From assembly GCF_018336915.1 (NCBI RefSeq), contig NZ_CP064923.1, forward strand, positions 4,290,001 to 4,322,000: a stretch of DNA of 32,000 nucleotides, given 5' to 3'. The translations under genes and the position numbers were made by a program. This document shows, piece after piece, positions 1 to 8,052 of this stretch; within the stretch, counting starts at the first letter, position 1; each line of letters begins with the position of its first letter. The notes beneath the pieces are model-generated. The model worked only from the letters and a program-made list of their open reading frames with translations, was not told the DNA's origin and searched no databases. The DNA is from Acaryochloris marina S15 (GTDB lineage Bacteria > Cyanobacteriota > Cyanobacteriia > Thermosynechococcales > Thermosynechococcaceae).

Positions 1-1163
1 GCGTACTTAGCATTCCCTCGGCCCATATAGGCTTGAGCATTGTCTGGGCTCAGACGAATGGCTTCGGCATAATCTGAGATCGCATCTTCGTAATCCCGCC
101 GACTATACTTGGCATCTCCCCGACGAATAAAGGCTGTGGCGCTTTCTCCTGATGTTTTAGAGGAAGACATGCGGGTGGCAATCATGTAGGTGATACCAGA
201 CAAACTGCCTAGGGTTAGGAATGCGATCGCAGTTCCAATCCAAATCTTCCGAGATGTACCCAGCTGACTAAATAAATTGGAAGAACTCGGGGAATGGCGA
301 GAGATATCTGCTAGCGCCTCCTGAGCAGATTGATACCGCTGAAGGGGATCTGGCATCAGCAATTTTGTCAGGGTAGCCTGCAACTCAGGACTGGTCCCAG
401 CCACCTGAGATGGCCACTGTTGAATCCAGTCCTGCCCTTGGGTCTGAGCAAGCTCCGAGGGAGAGATACCGCTAAGGAGATGAAAGCAGGTCGCTCCCAA
501 TCCAAACAAATCACTGACGGGGCTGGCCTGGCCTTGGAGCTGCTCGGGAGGCCGATAGCCAATGGAACGACTGCTAGTTGGCTGCTGTAGGGCCTGATTT
601 TCGTTGAGGAACTGGGCAATACCAAAATCAATCAGGATGTAGTGCCCCTGGGTATCTTGGAGAATGTTTTCTGGCTTTAGATCCCTGTGCACGACACCCT
701 GGTCATGCACCACCTGCAACACCGGCAGCAAATCTAAGAGGAAATTGCGTACTTGGGCTTCGCTAAACGTTCCTTGCTTCAGCTGTTCGAGTAAGGTTTT
801 TCCTTCAATTAACTGATGAACCAGATAGAGATACTCTCCTTCTTGAAAATAGGCTAGTAAATCCGGGAGTTGAGAATGATGGCCTAGAGTTTGGAGCTGT
901 TTGGCTTCCGTTCGAAACAGTTGAACTGCATTTGGACTGGCACCTAATGCCTTCAAGGTTAATTGCTTAACAATGCATGGAGTATTGAGCTGGTCGACAT
1001 CCTCAGCCAGGTAGGTCTTCCCCCATCGTCCAGATCCGAGGGGTTTGACGATCTTGTAGTGTTTGTGAAGAAACGGGACTAGGGCCGTGCCACATTGCTG
1101 ACAATACTTGTGGGTGTCAGGGTTAAGGGGTTTGGTGCACTCAGGATTCAGACAACATGTCAT
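1..1163 (-). CDS. Ser/Thr protein kinase with 4-Cys zinc-ribbon N-terminus, Hanks kinase domain, TM segment and TPR repeats; partial, 3' end runs off the window
   Basis: Absent from the ORF track because there is no stop in the window. My translation from the ATG (complement of cat 1161-1163) gives MTCCLNPECTKPLNPDTHKYCQQCGTALV, GSGRWGKTYLA, VVHRDLKPENIL and IDFGIA. It continues with a hydrophobic IWIGTAIAFLTLGSLSGITYMIA and a TPR-like YEDAISDYAEAIRLSPDNAQAYMGRGNAKY. The architecture matches 3215..5182. Confidence 0.85.
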   Translation of the reverse strand, partial: MTCCLNPECTKPLNPDTHKYCQQCGTALVPFLHKHYKIVKPLGSGRWGKTYLAEDVDQLNTPCIVKQLTLKALGASPNAVQLFRTEAKQLQTLGHHSQLPDLLAYFQEGEYLYLVHQLIEGKTLLEQLKQGTFSEAQVRNFLLDLLPVLQVVHDQGVVHRDLKPENILQDTQGHYILIDFGIAQFLNENQALQQPTSSRSIGYRPPEQLQGQASPVSDLFGLGATCFHLLSGISPSELAQTQGQDWIQQWPSQVAGTSPELQATLTKLLMPDPLQRYQSAQEALADISRHSPSSSNLFSQLGTSRKIWIGTAIAFLTLGSLSGITYMIATRMSSSKTSGESATAFIRRGDAKYSRRDYEDAISDYAEAIRLSPDNAQAYMGRGNAKY

Positions 1164-1498
1164 AAAGCTGCAATCTTTCGGGCTTCACGGGCCACAAGCT
1201 GTTGTCAAAGCATTTTTAGTATCGGCTAAAGACCTGACTGAGAGCAAACTCAATTCTCTGAAAAGTGAAAAATCCCAGCCCTTTCATCGGGTTTGCTGTA
1301 ATAGCTCAGTGCAAAAAGCAGTCAAACTCGGGACATGGAGATGTATCGCCAAAGACAATACATTGAGCATTGCGATAGCATCAAAAGTAAGGCACCTTCT
1401 CCAAGCACCATCCACAGGGAGACAAACCATTCACACTATCCATCATTACCGCCACCCATAACCGAGCGAGTCTCCTCCGGCATAACGCTTTAGCCAGC

Positions 1499-2254
1499 TT
1501 GCTGAAGCAATCTAGACTAGATTTTGAATGGGTCATCATCAACGACGGTAAAGATGAAACTACCCGTCATCTCATCCAATCCACTTCATTACCTTTTTCT
1601 CACCAATACTTAGAGATCGATCATCCTGTAGAAGATTTTGGTCTCTGTATTGCTCGCAATCTGGGGATTGAAATCGCCTCTAGTAAATATGTTTGCTACC
1701 TCGACGATGACAATAGCTTTCGTCCTACTTTTGTTGCCACAGTCCTCAACTGGATAGAACAGTATCCCCATAGTCGATTTATTTTGCCCCAGCAGTGGCG
1801 TCGCAGAGATGTAATCAAGAATGGGCAAATTATCAAGCAAGGCAAACCCTTTATTTCTCCCAGTGCTGACGCAACCCTAAATGCTCTGGTGAGTCAGAAA
1901 TCACTATTTGATAGCAACGGCTTTGTCCATCGTCAAATCAATTCACTGTGCTGGAATCCCCATTACAGAGTCTTCTGTGATTATGAGTTTTTTCTTCAGT
2001 GTTTAGGCCAATGCAACCCTACTCAAGGAGAAGACTTCCTGATTAAACCTGAAGTCCTCATCAACTACATCCAAACCACAGATGGCATCATCGGCCAGTC
2101 AGGCTATGGAGACTGGGCCAATGAATTGCAGCAGCTTTATGAGAACCGATCAGCCTACTCAATGTTGGGAGAAAAATGGGCTAACTGGATGCCCCAAGCC
2201 ATCGAAAAATATCAGCAGAAATCTCAAGTGCCCGTCCCAGCTTTTAAGGGGTAG
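1499..2254 (+). CDS. Family 2 glycosyltransferase (GT-A fold); the conserved N-terminus lies upstream of the tracked TTG start and has no canonical start codon
   Basis: DFEWVIINDG and YLDDDN (DxD) motifs are present. The same frame stays open back to 1391 and reads GDKPFTLSIITATHNRASLL, the classic GT2 N-terminal strand/NR motif. There is no ATG, GTG or TTG between 1391 and 1499. Confidence 0.7.
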   Translation: MLKQSRLDFEWVIINDGKDETTRHLIQSTSLPFSHQYLEIDHPVEDFGLCIARNLGIEIASSKYVCYLDDDNSFRPTFVATVLNWIEQYPHSRFILPQQWRRRDVIKNGQIIKQGKPFISPSADATLNALVSQKSLFDSNGFVHRQINSLCWNPHYRVFCDYEFFLQCLGQCNPTQGEDFLIKPEVLINYIQTTDGIIGQSGYGDWANELQQLYENRSAYSMLGEKWANWMPQAIEKYQQKSQVPVPAFKG

Positions 2255-2347
2255 TTATCATGATTAGCAAGACACCAATCGGAGCCCAGCTCGGTGCTAA
2301 AAACTTAAGCAAAACTAGATTTATCAAAAGCAAGGAGCTAGGAACCT

Positions 2348-2890
2348 ATGATTGCGAAGGAAAAGCTGGGTGGCTTTTTAAATACTTTTAAGAACCAGCC
2401 AGAGGAAATACTTGCTTTTTTTGATGAATTAGAGCCTATAGATTCTCAATCCATGATTTCAAGGTGGAAAGGCTCTGAAATCCATACTGATCATCCTCTT
2501 AATGGCTTCTTGGAAGCATCCAATTGGTATGGAAAGGAGTTCGTTAATGATGACCAAGTCCATCCGCTATTATTTCAAGATAGTCAAGACAATATCTTCA
2601 AGGTAAAGCCATACTCACTGGTGATGAAGTCTGGAGTTCGTTTCCCCATTCTTAAACATAAGGCTTTAAATTCTACCGTTAGATTTCTGACCTCTTTACT
2701 CAAGACAGAGGCGAGTCAGGCAAGATTACGCATGATGGAATATCGGCAAAAGCTCAGTGCAACGATGATTTATGATTCTTTGCCCATTCACGATACCTTT
2801 AGAAAAGTAGATGATGATACGGTTCTGGGGCTTATGGATTCCAAAGACATTCCCATTCCATTCTTTTTTGTACTTGAGAGAGAACATTAA
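2348..2890 (+). CDS. GXWXG / DUF4334 domain protein
   Basis: SRWKGSE resembles the GxWxG motif. The C-terminal ARLRMMEYRQKLSATMIYDSLPIHDTFRKVDDDTVLGLMD..PFFFVLER matches my memory of the DUF4334 consensus. Confidence 0.65.
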   Translation: MIAKEKLGGFLNTFKNQPEEILAFFDELEPIDSQSMISRWKGSEIHTDHPLNGFLEASNWYGKEFVNDDQVHPLLFQDSQDNIFKVKPYSLVMKSGVRFPILKHKALNSTVRFLTSLLKTEASQARLRMMEYRQKLSATMIYDSLPIHDTFRKVDDDTVLGLMDSKDIPIPFFFVLEREH

Positions 2891-3214
2891 TCCATGTTCT
2901 TTTGGATATTCTGTACAGAGGTTAGTTTAGGCCTTGGAAAGGTAGCTGGAAAAATTCCGGTTAAAGATAGTACGAACTATTCAGCATATCTAATTCTTTG
3001 AATAGTCGAATTACTGTATGTCATGGCAGACCTGAAAAAATCTAATACAGCGGATCGCAGGTTGGTAGGGGACATATTCAATCCTGGAGTATTTACTGAT
3101 CAAGCTTTTTAAGAGTTGTGTCTGTCCCCCATCTATATGAAAACCGCTGTATCAAGAATCTATGACTCTTGATAATTGAGAAAAGTTAAAATGTAGTAAT
3201 TCGCTCTTTATGCA

Positions 3215-5182
3215 TTAATTTCCAACTTGCTTTACTTCCGCTGTTTGGAGTCGTCTTAATTCTCGCAATGCATCTTGCCGACGTGAATCGTTTCGTTTTT
3301 GGTAAAGATCCGCTGCTTTTTGAAAGTCTGCTTTTGCCCCTTCAATCTCGTTCTGAATCTCTTTTGCAAATCCACGATTGAAGTAGGCAACTGCATAGTT
3401 TGAATCTAAGCGAATTGCCTTGTTGTAATCCTGGATCGCTTCTCGATAATTTTTACGATTATATTTGGCTAACCCACGACTGTTATAAGCATCCACAAGC
3501 TGGTCATCCAGCTCTAGGGCTTTATCAAAATCTGCTAACTCGCCTTCCCAATCCTCTAGTTTCCCTTTGGCATGGGCTCGGCCATTATAGGCATTGGCAT
3601 GATTCCCATCCAGGCGAATCGCCTCATCATAGTCCGCCAAGGCAGAACGATACTTGCCTAGATCGTAGTGAGTTCGGCCCCGATTCCGCAACGTATCGGC
3701 TCGTTTCGGATCAATGCGCAGGGCTTGATCGTAGTCTGAAAGCGCTCCCTGCAAATCCTTGAGGTTATATTTAGACAATCCCCGATTGTGATAGACATAG
3801 GCATATTGAGGATTGAGGCGAATGGCCTGATTGTAGTCCTCTACAGCAGCCTGATAGTTCTGCAGGGCATGTTTTGTCAGCCCCCGATTACCATAAGCAT
3901 TGGCATGTTGGTCGTCTAACTGTAGAGCCTGGTCATAGTCAGACAGGGCAGCCTGATAGTTCTGAAGACTGTATTTGGCTAGACCTCGCTCATTAAAGGC
4001 ATCAGCATTCTGGTCATCTAGGCGAATAGATTCATCGTAGTCTGCGATCGCATCCTTATACTCCCCCTCTCGATACTTCTCATACCCACTCCGGAGCAAG
4101 GCTTCTGATCGGCTCATGGGCGATACGGATTCGGTATCGTTGGCTCGGATCGCGACGTATCCAATCCCTAATACACCTATTAAACCGAGAGATGCGATCG
4201 CAGCCCACTGTTTGCTAGACAATTGGGGGACTCGTGAAAACAGGGAGGCACGAGTGGGTAACGTAATTTTTGGCTGTTGAGGTAAGTCAGGAGCACCCTG
4301 TAGATCTTGCAAGACTTCATTCGCTGACTGGTAGCGTTGGGCAGGCTCAATTTGCAGCAGTTTATCGAAAATTTTCTGGAGATCAGGACTGACGGGTTGA
4401 GCAATATATTGCTGCCAGTTTTCGCTCCAGAGGTAGTTGAATTCCAAAGACAGATGATAGGGCGAAACATGGCTGAGTAGATGGAAACAGCTCGACCCTA
4501 AACCATACAAATCTCCCACAGGGGTTGCTCGACCCCGCTGAATTTGCTCAGGAGACGCATAGCCCGGTGATCCAACAATAGTCCCCACACCAGCATGGGC
4601 CATTGCTGTTTGTTTCAGCAGTTTCGCCACACCAAAATCAATCAGCACATGCTTACCATCTTGACGCCGCATAATATTGTCCGGCTTTAAGTCACGATGA
4701 ATCACGCCCTGGTCATGCAGATTTTGCAGTACCGGCAACACATCTAGTAAGATCCGACGGATTTTATGTTCATCAAAAGTCCCTTCCTTAGCTAACAGCT
4801 CAATCAGGTTGTGGCCATCTACATACTGCTGAACGAGGTATAAATGCTGGCCTTCCTGAAAATAGGCCGTCAATTTTGGGATCTGTGGATGATGTCCTAA
4901 CTGTTTGAGCTGTCGGGCTTCGCTAGCAAACATGTCGATGGCTTTTTGCTGTTCCCAAGCCTCCGTCGCCTGATAGGTCAGCTTCTTGACCACACAAAAC
5001 TCATTCAACCGATCTAGATCTTCAGCTAGGTAGGTATTGCCAAATCCACCTCGACCAAGGGGTTTGATTACCTTAAAGCGGTCCCGCAGCAAATGAACAA
5101 TAGGTGTGCCACATTGCTGGCAAAACTTGTGGGTATCGGGATTAATTGGCTTTTTGCAGTCAGGATTTAGGCAACAAACCAT
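3215..5182 (-). CDS. Ser/Thr protein kinase: 4-Cys zinc ribbon, kinase domain, TM segment, about nine TPR repeats
   Basis: MVCCLNPDCKKPINPDTHKFCQQCGTP, GRGGFGNTYLA, VVKKL, HRDLKPDNIM, DFGVA and GYASPEQ motifs. TM segment AAIASLGLIGVLGIGYVAI. Repeated A..Y..AI.L(D/N)P..A.AY..RG units follow. Confidence 0.9.
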   Translation of the reverse strand: MVCCLNPDCKKPINPDTHKFCQQCGTPIVHLLRDRFKVIKPLGRGGFGNTYLAEDLDRLNEFCVVKKLTYQATEAWEQQKAIDMFASEARQLKQLGHHPQIPKLTAYFQEGQHLYLVQQYVDGHNLIELLAKEGTFDEHKIRRILLDVLPVLQNLHDQGVIHRDLKPDNIMRRQDGKHVLIDFGVAKLLKQTAMAHAGVGTIVGSPGYASPEQIQRGRATPVGDLYGLGSSCFHLLSHVSPYHLSLEFNYLWSENWQQYIAQPVSPDLQKIFDKLLQIEPAQRYQSANEVLQDLQGAPDLPQQPKITLPTRASLFSRVPQLSSKQWAAIASLGLIGVLGIGYVAIRANDTESVSPMSRSEALLRSGYEKYREGEYKDAIADYDESIRLDDQNADAFNERGLAKYSLQNYQAALSDYDQALQLDDQHANAYGNRGLTKHALQNYQAAVEDYNQAIRLNPQYAYVYHNRGLSKYNLKDLQGALSDYDQALRIDPKRADTLRNRGRTHYDLGKYRSALADYDEAIRLDGNHANAYNGRAHAKGKLEDWEGELADFDKALELDDQLVDAYNSRGLAKYNRKNYREAIQDYNKAIRLDSNYAVAYFNRGFAKEIQNEIEGAKADFQKAADLYQKRNDSRRQDALRELRRLQTAEVKQVGN

Positions 5183-5291
5183 TTTTTATGCACTGGGTTG
5201 AGAGTTTGCGAGTAAACACAGTACTCTATCGTTAATCTAACGCTGGCCTATGCATTTTGCAGGATTCAGAATCAAAAAATTGCAGACTGTA

Positions 5292-6287
5292 TTATTTCTG
5301 GGGAACGTAGTCGTGACTGACAAACCAATCGACTGATTCTTGGAGTGCCTGTCGGACTGGGGTTTGAGGCAATCCCAACTCCTGAATAGCTTTGGCAGGA
5401 TTGTAAAACATCATTTGCTTGGCCATTTGTACCCCGGCCAGAGGAACTGATGGCGTCTTACCGACAGATGCCAACACAACCTCATCAATCCAGGCAGTGG
5501 TCAGGGGAATCCAAGCAGGAATTTCGCCTTTAGGCGCTGACAATCCCGTTAACTCAGCCAGCACATCCAGCATTTCTTTCAGGGTCATATTTTGATTGCC
5601 CAGAATATAGCGCTCTCCTGTTTTCCCCTTTTCTAGGGCTAGCAAATGGCCGCGAACCACGTCTTGCACATGAATTAAGTTCAATCCCGTATTTAAGTAA
5701 AAGGGCATCTGCCGTCGCAGAAACCGCAAAATCATATCGCCCGTGGGTGTGGGTTTAATGTCCCAAGGGCCAATGGGGGTACTGGGATTCACAATCACAA
5801 TATCTTGGCCCATCTGGACGGCTTTATGGGCTTCCTGCTCTGCCCAATATTTCGACTTTTTATAGTCACCGATCAGCTTCTCTACGGGACTCTGATAAGT
5901 TTCGTCGGCAATATTCCCTGCTTTAACGCCAATGGCCGCTACTGAGCTGGTATAAACAGTTCGTTCAATGCCCGCATCTCGTGCTGCTTGTAGAAGATTG
6001 CGAGTGCCCTCCACATTGCTTTGCCAAAGCTGATCTCGGTCGGCTCGCCACAGACTGTAATGGGCAGCAACATGAAAGAGTGCCTGACAACCTTGTAATT
6101 TTTGACTTAAGCCATCATCTGTGAGCTGTCCAGACACCTGCTCCACATCTAACCCTGTCAGGTTAGTCAAATCGCTTTGGGGCCTGACTAGTGCTCGTAC
6201 TTGATGGCCTTCCGACAACAGTAAACGGACTAGATTGGCTCCGACAAACCCGGTTGCTCCGGTTACAAAAACATTTAGTTTGGCCAT
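5292..6287 (-). CDS. NAD-dependent epimerase/dehydratase, HpnA-like (hopanoid-associated sugar epimerase / dihydroflavonol-4-reductase-like)
   Basis: N-terminal VTGATGFVGANLVRLL Rossmann motif and a YKKSK catalytic motif. VNPSTPIGPWDIKPTPTG..LNLIHVQDVVRGHLLALEKGKTGERYILG recalls the HpnA family consensus. Confidence 0.75.
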   Translation of the reverse strand: MAKLNVFVTGATGFVGANLVRLLLSEGHQVRALVRPQSDLTNLTGLDVEQVSGQLTDDGLSQKLQGCQALFHVAAHYSLWRADRDQLWQSNVEGTRNLLQAARDAGIERTVYTSSVAAIGVKAGNIADETYQSPVEKLIGDYKKSKYWAEQEAHKAVQMGQDIVIVNPSTPIGPWDIKPTPTGDMILRFLRRQMPFYLNTGLNLIHVQDVVRGHLLALEKGKTGERYILGNQNMTLKEMLDVLAELTGLSAPKGEIPAWIPLTTAWIDEVVLASVGKTPSVPLAGVQMAKQMMFYNPAKAIQELGLPQTPVRQALQESVDWFVSHDYVPQK

Positions 6288-6458
6288 AACTAAGGTTCTT
6301 TGCCACTTCTGGTGGACGAGTAGCGGTAGAGAAGGTTAGTGTTTTACCCTACAGATATAAGCACACCCCTGCAAGTCTAAAGTTCGATGTAGACACCTTA
6401 TTGCGAACAGCCTTGCAATCTATAAAATTCTCAACCTTGGTCTTCTGAACGAACAACC

Positions 6459-6595
6459 GGATAATATCCTTGGAATCGGAGTTATCCAGCGTTGACTTAA
6501 ATAATGTCCTGATCTCGGAGTTATACGGTAGTTGGCGGATAATACCGCTCTAGCCGGAGTTATCAGTCGCCATCCGTATAATTAATAGTTATGCG
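6459..6595. repeat. Tandem direct repeat with 39-bp period, three full units plus a partial fourth; each unit carries a GGATAA...TTATCC dyad
   Basis: CGGAGTTAT cores start at 6477, 6516 and 6555, exactly 39 bp apart. GGATAAT occurs at 6459 and 6537, taaataat at 6498, and gtataat at 6576. The repeat ends 15 bp before the ATG at 6610. Confidence 0.6.
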
Positions 6596-6609
6596 ATTGT
6601 ATACATGAT

Positions 6610-7122
6610 ATGACACCATCGGAATTCAAATCGCGCTTCATCGAGTCGCTGCCGCCAATCCCACCTAATATTGAACTCGAACTGGACCGATTCATCATCT
6701 ATTCACCGGAACGCGTTTCCTTACTGGGCATCCCCGATGAACACAAAGCGTTTCTTCTCGAATCCGGACTCCCCGCTGATGCAGCACCATTTCTGAACTT
6801 CAATAATGACGATCATTCATTAACGGAATTAGAGGGCTTCCCTGGTTCATACATCATCGGATCAAACAATTATGGCGATGCGATTTGCTTGGACGTAGCT
6901 GATGGTGGCACGGTTGTGTCCTACAATCACGACAACATGATGAAACGAGTCTTCATGAATTCATCGCTTCCCTTGTTTGCTGAAACTCTTTGCGCATTCT
7001 CAACTCTTATGCGGACAAAGGATGAAGCCTCATTTACCACACGCTTAAGATTGATCGACCCCGTCGCATTGAGTCCCGATTCATTCTGGACAACCGAGTC
7101 TGCTAGCGTGATGGAACGCTGA
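6610..7122 (+). CDS. SUKH-superfamily immunity-like protein (SUKH-4-like)
   Basis: The layout LLGIPDEHKAFLLESGLPADAAPFLNF..IIGSNNYGDAICLDVADGGTVVSYNHD..VFMNSSLPLFAETL resembles the SUKH-4 pattern: GLP..., IG..G..ICLD..G.V, then fvNSSl..f. Called from memory of the family, not from an HMM hit. Confidence 0.5.
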   Translation: MTPSEFKSRFIESLPPIPPNIELELDRFIIYSPERVSLLGIPDEHKAFLLESGLPADAAPFLNFNNDDHSLTELEGFPGSYIIGSNNYGDAICLDVADGGTVVSYNHDNMMKRVFMNSSLPLFAETLCAFSTLMRTKDEASFTTRLRLIDPVALSPDSFWTTESASVMER

Positions 7123-7208
7123 ATATCGCATAACAATCCATTGCATACGGAGCCGCGGTCCGCGCGGTTTAGTGAGATCAATGTCGTTCACCGCGGCCCG
7201 GTGAATGG

Positions 7209-7315
7209 ATTTACGCAGCAGTTCCATGATCGTATGGCCCCGCTGAGAGTCCAGTACGGCAGTGGGTTCATCCGCCAAAATCAACTTGGGATTTCCGGCT
7301 AACGCTCTTGCGATC
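7209..7315 (-). pseudogene. Relic of a second devA-type ABC ATPase gene (Walker B / D-loop segment only)
   Basis: 96 of 107 nt match 8193..8299 inside the intact ATPase gene. It translates as IARALAGNPKLILADEPTAVLDSQRGHTIMELLRK, then diverges on both sides. It lies inside tracked ORF 7081..7284. Confidence 0.8.
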
Positions 7316-7405
7316 TCGCTCAGCTCTTAACCTCATGCTTTACTGAGCTTGTACAAATCGGGTATGTTTTCCACTTGTCAGCATAGTTATCCACCTAAGT
7401 AAATC

Positions 7406-7927
7406 GTGATTAAACCACCACTTGAGTTCGAAACTCAGTTCATTACTGCTGGATGGACAGGTGATTCACGTGGCTTTCCTCCATCTTTCAACCACCATAA
7501 CCATGTAGGTTGGGATATTTTAGATTCGTTCAATGATATTCACATTCATCCTGAATCATCAACCGGGTTGGAATGTGCTACCAATGACATATATTTTCAA
7601 CTGGTTCAACCGCTCTGTACTTGTGCGGAAAGATGGCAATCTTTACTCCATACAAAGTTTATAGGTGTTGCGTTTACACACAACCAATATGGCATGCTGT
7701 GGGTGGCCACCGATGGGGCCGTTTTCGCCTCCAACGATATTACAGACGTGTTCGAATTTGTTGGGTCGGATATTATGGTCGCTATCCGCAACGAATTGAT
7801 GGGAATTCGCAGTCAACCACTAATGAATGACGATGAATCAGTGCTCAACTACTATGGTGACGCCTACAATAAGAGCGATTCCCGTTTGTTCGACTGGCAT
7901 CTATATGCCTCCCAAAATGGCGGATAA
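7406..7927 (+). CDS. SUKH-superfamily immunity-like protein (SUKH-3-like); GTG start
   Basis: AGWTGDSR, ILDSFNDIHIHP, a tract IYFQLV, and KFIGVAFTHNQYGMLWVATDGAVFAS..FEFVGSDIMVAIRNELMG resemble the SUKH-3 pattern (GW..R, fL..FGGL, IG....g.l.vd..G.vy, al..Ll.G). Confidence 0.5.
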   Translation: MIKPPLEFETQFITAGWTGDSRGFPPSFNHHNHVGWDILDSFNDIHIHPESSTGLECATNDIYFQLVQPLCTCAERWQSLLHTKFIGVAFTHNQYGMLWVATDGAVFASNDITDVFEFVGSDIMVAIRNELMGIRSQPLMNDDESVLNYYGDAYNKSDSRLFDWHLYASQNGG

Positions 7928-8052
7928 AAATGCGATAAATCAAAGTCTCGTAGTCGGATAACTTCGAAGTGGGGTATCAATTCTCACGCCCCGTTTATCG
8001 CAGACGTTATTGTTTTCTAAATTGGACCACCAAACAAAGACAAGATCCAAAT

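Noticed and set aside
330-631. Tracked ORFs 330..590 (+) and 368..631 (-)
   Set aside because: Both lie inside the partial kinase gene (1..1163, minus) in other frames. They have low-complexity, non-protein-like sequences and are shadow ORFs.
1108-1461. 117-aa + strand ORF spanning the kinase start and the GT2 upstream region
   Set aside because: It overlaps the kinase N-terminus in antisense and has no recognisable motif. The region is better explained by the kinase 5' end plus the frameshifted GT2 N-terminus.
3400-4470. ORFs 3400..3762 (+) and 4180..4470 (-)
   Set aside because: They are embedded in the well-supported 655-aa kinase/TPR gene and are alternative-frame artefacts.
6459-6595. 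Possibility that the 39-bp-period repeat is a small CRISPR array
   Set aside because: The units are contiguous and degenerate, and there are no unique spacers between conserved repeats. No cas genes are nearby.
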